From contig JAUCBJ010007289.1 in the NCBI GenBank assembly GCA_032718475.1, positions 124,001 through 188,000 of the forward strand: a stretch of DNA of 64,000 bases, in the 5' to 3' direction. Shown here piece after piece: positions 56,701-64,000 of the stretch. Position 1 is the stretch's first letter. Each line of letters begins with the position of its first letter. This DNA is from Nemertoderma westbladi. Lineage: Eukaryota; Animalia; Xenacoelomorpha. The notes under the pieces are model-generated. The model saw only the letters and a program-made list of their open reading frames with translations. It was not told where the DNA came from and searched no databases. The translations under genes and the position numbers were made by a program.

Positions 56701-59529
56701 GATAGTCAACGCTTCTTATGGTATAACGGCGAAGAAGAACCGCCTATAATACCGGCATATAAGATGGTAGTACAAAACATGGGGGCCAAGTCGTCCTCAT
56801 TTACGACGACTATGGCAGTGAGAGACACGGTAAAGGGGAAGGAGGATAGATATAGCAGTAGGGCCGTCGATATGATCAGACGCGGTTTCTACGTAGACGA
56901 CGGCATGGAGTCTGGAAATACGGTTGAGGAGATACTGGAAACAGGGCGCGAGGTTCGCGACATCCTGAAAGGATCCGGCTTCAACCTGACCAAATTCCAA
57001 TCCAGTTCAGAAGAATTTATCAGGGAAATAGAAGACAAGAAACCAGAATCGACCATGGACAACCCTACAACAGCCAAAGGACAGGACATGGCGATTAAGA
57101 GAACGGAATCCCAGCAGAAGGCGTTGGGAATCGTGTGGGATAGAAAAACAGACGAACTGAAGTATCAGCTGAGCCAGGAGGGCGCAGACACCCATACGAA
57201 GAGGGGTTACGTATCGTATATAGCAAGGATATACGATCCCTTAGGCCTAGCATCCCCATTACTAGTCACGGGGAAACAGATACTCAAGAGAGTATATAAG
57301 TTGAAGGATGAGTGGGACGTAGAGGTACCAGAAGACATCAAGAAACAGTGGAGCAAATGGACAGGAGACTTGGAGAGGATGGGAACATACAACATGCCGC
57401 GAGTGTATTTCCCGGACGGGAACATGACGAATCTGGACCTACATATGTTCTCCGACGCGTCGTTAGAGGCATACGGAGCGGCACTCTATTTAGTACAACG
57501 AGAGGGGCCTCACAAGCCCAGATTAGCCTTTAGCAAAGCTAAGTCAACGCCGCCAGATTCAGCATCTGTTCCCAAGTTAGAATTGACAGCTGCGAGACTA
57601 GGAGTTAGAGCCACAGCCTACCTAGTGGATACAATTCCCAACATAGTGGAGACACACTACTGGACGGACTCCATGGTAGTGCTTGGTTGGCTACACAACG
57701 AAAAGACGAGGTACCCGATATTCGTCGCGAATAGAGTGGACGAAATAAGGGCGAGCACAGAACTGGAAAGGTGGCACTACTGCCCAACAGACGAGAACCC
57801 AGCGGACTTGCTGTCGAGGGGCGTGGAACGCCACACTTTCTTAAAGAAAGAAGCATTGTGGCAACACGGGCCACAATTTCTGAGCGATAGGGAGGCCTGG
57901 CCGCCGATGAGGAAGGTGGACCCGGGCTCGGAAGTAGTATCAGAAGGAGAAGAGGGAGATTCAGAGGGAGAAGAGATATACTCCCAGATGGTGAGGGAGA
58001 TCAGGGACGTGCAACCAGGAAGGGAACTGTGCGATAACCCGACGGATAAACTCCTCAGCTACAGTTCTAGTTGGTATAAGACCAAGAAACTAGTGGCGTA
58101 CTGGAGAGCCTTTGGGAATTTCCTTGCGGGAGTCGGCAAGGACAAGAAGACCAGGACAACCATAGATCTGGAAGGAGCGGCCAAGGCAGTGATCCGCTAT
58201 GAACAACGCAAGAACTACGGCGACGAGGTGGAACGTGTCGGTAACCAACAACATCTCCGACGGGATAGCGAGTTGATCACGCTGTCGCCACAACTCAACG
58301 AGGATGGGATCCTAGTAATGAATTCTAGGGTGGGATATAACAACAGTATAGTCGTGCCACCGAAACCCATCATCATTCCCACAGGATCGCCTATAGTCCA
58401 CCAGATCATATGGGACTCCCACAAATCGATACTGCATGGGGGCACCAACCGAACCCTCACAGAGATAAGGAGGACCTATTGGGTCAAACAATTAAGGAAG
58501 AAGGTGAAAGCGGTAGTGGGACAGTGTCAGACCTGCCGACGAGCGAAGAAGGAGCGAGCCGTACAGGAGATGGCGCCACTACCGGCGAGTAGGGTAAGAC
58601 AGCACGACCCGCCATTTACGCATTGCGGTGTGGACATGTTCGGGCCGATAAAGATCAAGGTGATGCGACACACGGAGAAACGCTACGGTATTATCTTCGT
58701 ATGCAACAATACGCGGGCGGTAGGGATAGAACTCGCCCAAGATGCAACCGCATCAGCTTTCATTAACGCCTTAGAAAGGTTTAGGGACCGCAAAGGTGGG
58801 ACGATCGCAGTGATATACAGCGACAACGGCACCAACTTTGTGGGCGCAGAGAATGAGATGGCAGAGGCCTTAGACATCTTGGAGGGAGAAGAAGTCAGGG
58901 CGGCCATGAGAAGACGACAAGTGAAGTGGGAGAGAAGGACGCCGTATGCACCACATACATTAGGATGCGTCGAGAGACTCGTGGGCAGTTCAAAACGTCT
59001 AATGACGAAGTTGATGAACACCCACATGGTCACTGAAGACGTCTTACGGACAGTACTTGCGAACTGCGAGGGGATCATTAATAGCAGACCGCTATACCCG
59101 GAGAATGATGACCCTGAGTCATTAGACGTGTTGACGCCTAGCCATTTCCTGATGGAAAGGCCAGCGACCATAGATATGCGGGGTGTAGACCCAGATGATA
59201 TACACTCCCGCCAAAGTTGGAAAGTAGCTAAAGCAATTAGCGCAGAGTATTGGAGGAGGTGGGTAGAAGAATACCTGCCCATGCTCCATAAGCGAAGCAA
59301 GTGGAGGAAGCCAAACAGGGAGTTGAGAGAGGGAGATCTCGTAATCGTCACGGATGATACTATCATCAACAACCAATGGCGGTTGGCGAGAGTTGTAGGC
59401 ACCTACTCCGACGAGGACGGAAGAGTCCGATCGGTAGAAGTGCGGATAGGTGGAAAGATAGGTGCGAAAGACAGAAAAACCTACAGGAGAGCAGTAGGTA
59501 AATGCTGTCTTCTAGAAGGGGCACCTTAA
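50778..59529 (+). CDS. BEL/Pao element 2 gag-pol polyprotein (~2900 aa if two poly-G frameshifts are corrected)
   Basis: ORFs 50778-52574, 52523-53656 and 53272-59529 overlap at G10 (52539-52548) and G11 (53274-53284). Motifs PFKFDG, CSRC…H…C, LVDGGA, YYLPLH, VVDAS, DIEGMF, FYVDD, FSDAS, KLELTAA, WTDS, NPADLLSRG, HHCC, VDMFGP, SDNGTNF, CVERLV are intact. Confidence 0.93.
51875..52240 (+). repeat. Coding tandem repeats (EREAREEKERE / EREAERK) in the gag N-terminus
   Basis: 21- and 33-bp units GAGCGTGAGGCG…GAACGC encoding a charged helix. Confidence 0.85.
52966..53160 (+). repeat. 39-bp coding tandem repeat (VSRQGAEGLVGHV, ~5 copies)
   Basis: GTTAGTAGACAGGGAGCAGAGGGCCTGGTAGGCCACGTA repeated. 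Confidence 0.9.
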
Positions 59530-59639
59530 ATTAGAGTTAGTGTGAAGTTTAGTCGTCCAAGTTTTGGACTGAGGGGGGTGGGATTGAGGGCGAGACGCCC
59601 TTCCCACACAAATAAAATAAAATAAAAAAATAAAAATAA

Positions 59640-60320
59640 AAGTTAGTTAGTTAGTAGGTACGTAGTACCTAGAGTTAGTTAGTTAGTAGGTACGTAGTAG
59701 CTAGAGTTAGTTAGTTGATAGGTACGTAGTACCTAGAGTTAGTTAGTTAGTAGGTACGTAGTACCTAGAGTTAGTTAGTTGATAGGTACGTAGTACCTAG
59801 AGTTAGTTAGTTAGTAGGTACGTAGTACCTAGAGTTAGTTAGTAGGTACGTAGTACCTAGTTAGAGTTAGAGTTAGAGGGTACGTAGTACCTAGTTAGAG
59901 TTAGAGGGTACGTAATGCCTAGTTAGAGTTAGAGTTAGAGGGTAGGTAGTACCGATAGAGTTAGAGTTAGTAGGTACGTAGTACCTAGGTAGAGTTAGAG
60001 TTAGAGGGTACGTAGTACCGATAATTAGAGAGTTAGTAGGTACGTAGTACCTAGTTAGAGTTAGAGTTAGAGGGTACGTAATGCCTAGTTAGAGTTAGAG
60101 GGTAGGTAGTACCGATAGAGTTAGAGTTAGTAGGTACGTGGTACCTAGTTAGAGTTAGAGTTAGAGGGTACGTAGTACCGATAGTTAGAGAGTTAGTAGG
60201 TACGTAGTACCTAGTTAGAGTTAGAGTTAGAGGGTACGTAGTACCGATAGTTAGAGAGTTAGTAGGTACGTAGTACCTAGTTAGAGTTAGAGTTAGAGGG
60301 TACGTAGTACCATTAGTTAG
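59640..60320. repeat. Tandem array of ~20 units of ~28-34 bp with palindromic core GGTAC-GTA-GTACC and AGTT/AGAGTT linkers
   Basis: Seen directly between the pol stop and the accessory ORF. Confidence 0.95.
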
Positions 60321-60825
60321 AAAGAGAGAGTAAGAGGTAAAAGGGGTAAAAATAGGATATAGATATTAGATAGCAGTAAGTAGAGTTAGTAGCGAGAGGG
60401 GGGCATATGAGTGCAGCTGGATAAATCGTGTGGCCACACGACGCATACTGCTGTACTGCATAGGCCCACTGAGTAGGCCAGAATATGGATCAGAGAGAGA
60501 ATAGAATAAATCCATAGGCAGTAGTAAGTAGTAGGACAGTAGAATCAAAGCAAAATAAATAAATAAATAGAATAGGGCTAAAATCGGAAAATAGTGGTAA
60601 CACAAGGAAAGTCGTTCTAGAACATAATAAAAGTAACGGACGGAAATTGTAAATTAGGCTGGTTTACTAGCTCCGAAATTAATTAGATTAAATTAAGCTT
60701 GAAAGGCGCAGTTAAGTAGAAAAGTAGGCCATTATCGAACTGTAGGAAACATCTTAGTACATCACTCATCTGTATTGCGCCTTGGTAAGGCACCACCCTA
60801 CAGGTGAGCGAGTGTAGTGTTCGGA

Positions 60826-63360
60826 ATGGCGAGTAAGCTGATCAGGAAGAGAAAAGCGGAGTCAGGAGGAAAAGAAATATTGGTGGATTTCACCGAAAGA
60901 CACCCGGAGGAGAAGACGAGAGGATACTACGAGAGGTTGGAAAGGGGTCACGCGACACGAGCGCTGCAGGATCACTTCCGGGAGGCGCACGAACAGCGGT
61001 TGGTCGGGACCTACGGGACGCCGTCGCTGGACAACGCGATCTTCCAACACTTCCACTACGTAGTGAAAGGAGACGAGGCGAAGTTCGGGATTCCGAAGTA
61101 TCCGAGGTAATCGCCGAGGAAGGACTGGAAAAGATTCATAGAGTCCGTCAACAGAGGAGGATATATGATCCTAGATGACGAGGGAACCGTGGAAGACGAA
61201 GCGGGTTCGAGACGAGGAACGGCAGGGTCGGCCAGGACCATACTCTTGCATTTGGCTGCGCCAAATGGGGACATCTTCTTATTCGACCTAGGGACGTATG
61301 GGAAGAAGGACGGGCCGAAATTAGACCGACTGCCGAAAGCGGTACAGGTCTTAGTAAGAGAGAAGTCGACGACGAAAGTGGGATCGGCGATTCGCGAGGA
61401 CGCGGAGAGGATCATCGGTCCGGACGCCACCAACCTCCTGGATATGCAGAAAGTCTTTATGGCTATGACGGCACCGGATGGATTGGGGGTGGTCGAGAAC
61501 TCAGGCCAATGCGGGGCGGTGGCGATGGGCCAATTATTGGGGCTCGTATGCCACAAACCAATGGATTGGGGGAAGTTTAGGGAAGAATACGGAGCAGAAC
61601 TAGCGAACTCGCTGAAGTGGGGAGCGAGACCGGGAAAGCAGGAGGTATATCAGTTTCGCAGAGGAGCGATAAAGGTATATCAGAAGCGATATATCCTGCA
61701 GGAGGACTGGATGATGATAAGTTTACTTAACTTATTCATGACCGTAGTTATCGAAAGAGAACCAGGGGCATTTCTGTTATCGGGATCACCCCTAAGCTAC
61801 AGGAGAGCCTTTAAGATGGCCTTTGACGGTCTGGTAGACCACCCGGGGCTGAAGGGCGAGTCGGTGTACTACAACAGCCGACATCTGGTAGATGGGGAGA
61901 CGGATACACCGTATCTGAGATGGGAGCAGCTAGAGATGGATAGACGGGAAGCAAAGCGACTGGAAGAAGTCGCTAGACGGGAGAGGATAGAAGCAGAGGA
62001 GAGGGAAGAGGAGGCCAGGACACAGAGTTATGGCTTCGAGGAACAGGCGGGTCTAGACGAACTTCATTGGACTTCGTCAGGGAGTTCGGGGGAGTCTCTA
62101 GGGCGAGAATTGGGATGGACGGTGGGATCGCCGAAACAGTCGACGTCGGGGTTGCAAACGATGCCCATACCAGCGGGCGCCGAGGGCGACCAACCGCCAA
62201 GGAAGCTAAGGGAGCTAGAGGGATGGAGAGCTACGGGCGAAAGCCAAGGCGGGAAGGGACATAGTGGATCCATCGGGATACCGGGGTTGGAGACACTACC
62301 AGAAGAGGAAGACGACGACGACGAGTTCGGAGAGATGCCGCCCATCGAGAGGATAGGCCACTCGGACACGGACTGGGTTGGCGGAAGGGTGGTGACGGCC
62401 AGTGGGGCGAGGGCCTTCTGGAACAGATCCGGCAAGCGGACCTGGGTGCACGAGGGGCCGGCGATGGATTTCGCGGGGAGCACCATCAGGTTGGGCGAGC
62501 AACCGGGGACGGCACCACGGATAGTATTCGGGGAGACGATGCCCGAGAGGGGCGGAGAGATAGACGTAAACAGGGAGAGCAACGTAGAGAAGTTCGCCTA
62601 CCAGCGACTCCATAGACCGCGGAGATCGCTTGGGACGAAGGACGAGGTGGGACGCGAGACATTGGTACTCGGCTGCGACTACTGTGGGAGACAGACCCAT
62701 CAGGAAAGCAGCTGCCTATACCGGTTCCAACGGGGAACCTTTTGTCTCTATTGTAGAGAACCAAGTCACAGGATGGGGGCGTGTCCACGGTTGCATAACC
62801 GATGTCCAAAGTGCCACTTTCGGGGACACTACGGACGCGAGTGCGACTGGATGAGCGACGAGGAGAAGTTCACGAGGTTCGAGGAGTGGGCCGACGTCGG
62901 GGCCATGACGCGCCAGCGCATGAAGGCCCAAGAGTTCAAGTGGGGTTTCTTCCTCATAAACCAGGAGACCCACATGGAAATCATAAAGCGAAGGTTACCG
63001 TTTACCTATCAAGAGGTAGCTACGGCGGCATCGTTCGCCGGAGTTATGAACACGCAACGGTACCTGGACAGGTGGACACCAGAGAACCGGAGGGAGTTTA
63101 GGGATTTCTTGGCGGAACACGTACCAAAGGCAATGAAGATGATCCTATGGGACGCCACACGAGGGAAACAACCAGGCCATTCTGAGGGGCCACCGGCGAA
63201 GCGGTATCGGGCTTTAATAACACCAGCGCCCAAGGAGCCGACGACCGGGATCAGCAAGGAAGTGGCAGCGAAGGTCCGGAAGCAGAAAGCGGATGATGCC
63301 AGAGGAGCGGTGATAACCAAGAAACGGGCCAGGGAGGAGGACGTGAGGAGGTACAGATGA
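60826..63360 (+). CDS. Accessory ORF: DEDDy (WRN/EXD/Mut-7-like) 3'-5' exonuclease domain, acidic linker, three CCHC zinc knuckles; one in-frame TAA at 61108-61110
   Basis: GYMILDDEG (Exo I DxE), TILLHLAAPNGDIFLFDL, LPKAVQVLVREKSTTKVGSAIREDAERI (Exo II), LLDMQ, LLGLVCHKP, KWGARP…QKRYILQED (Exo III-like). Knuckles CDYCGRQTHQESSC, CLYCREPSHRMGAC, CPKCHFRGHYGREC. The 97-aa and 731-aa ORFs share one frame. Confidence 0.75.
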
Positions 63361-64000
63361 GTTCCCGGAGGCGAGGGAATGAGACTGAGACTGGGACGTG
63401 GTGCGCCTGGAAGGCGCCGCATGTAACGTACGAACTATTAAGTATAAATTTAATTAATGCAAATAACTATATAAGTGCAATTCGTATGTACGTACGTAGT
63501 GATTAGCAGTAAAATACATACGTTTGGAGTAAGTACTATAGTCATACAACCTTTCTCAATTAGCTACTGGGACTGGGGGACAATTGACTATGGCACTATG
63601 GACGAGACAACTGACAATTTCACACTTCTTGAGTGCGGCGGCACGAGAGGGGGGGGAGGTTCGTCAGGAGAGATAAAACAGTCAAAGTGGACTTGAGAAT
63701 CGGAATAAGAGTGTGAAGTGCGGAGAGAGTGCGAACGCAATTCTAGTGTGGGGGGGGGGGGAATGAGAGGCTGAGTAAGGGACGAGGAGGTCCGGGGGTA
63801 TGAGAGAGTTAGGGTGAGAGTGAAGGTGAGATAGGGCGAAAGTGTTGGGGAAACAAAAATCGCGTGAAGAGGTGAGCGCGATCGGCCCGACATGAGACGC
63901 CAGGCGTAAAGGGTAGCGTTATCATACCCAGAGGGAGCGGCCCGGAAAGCCGACTCCGAGAGAAAAGATTTCCACCCCACACCCGATGCTAGATCGGGAT

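Larger units (their letters stand above)
50156..64000 (+). mobile_element. BEL/Pao LTR retrotransposon 2, near-intact, with an accessory 3' region; 3' LTR not in the window
   Basis: LTR, ~8.75-kb gag-pol, tandem spacer, accessory ORF. Neither a 3' LTR nor the resumption of element 1 integrase appears before 64000, so the 3' region is inferred to belong to this element or to a further insert. Confidence 0.85.

Noticed and set aside
43919-59402. Antisense and alternate-frame ORFs over the gag-pol genes
   Set aside because: Shadows of long or repetitive coding frames.
59640-60320. CRISPR-like palindromic array
   Set aside because: Linkers are repetitive AGTT/AGAGTT, not unique spacers, and there are no cas genes.
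61165-63360. env gene or second gag
   Set aside because: No signal peptide, transmembrane helix or capsid motif. The N-terminal motifs fit a DEDDy exonuclease.

Overview
Eukaryotic (metazoan, probably invertebrate) repeat-dense DNA, not prokaryotic. Positions 1-23.9 kb are an A-rich satellite of interspersed 27- and 31-bp monomers with kb-scale higher-order duplications. Next is the last exon of a minus-strand fibrinogen-related (FReD) gene. The rest of the window is a nest of transposons: three to four decayed LINEs (one interrupted by an RTE-like 3' fragment with an 11-bp TSD, one by a TTAA-flanked piggyBac-type non-autonomous element), a solo LTR, a decayed BEL/Pao LTR retrotransposon, and a near-intact second BEL/Pao element inserted into the first one's integrase. 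Two observations stand out. (1) Downstream of pol, the second BEL/Pao element appears to carry an accessory ORF with a WRN/EXD-like DEDDy 3'-5' exonuclease domain plus three CCHC zinc knuckles. (2) Neither BEL/Pao element has a TGG tRNA primer-binding site. In each, the 9-10 nt directly after the LTR are perfectly complementary to a segment inside its own LTR, resembling Tf1-type self-priming. All protein family calls are from motifs read by eye; no database search was run.
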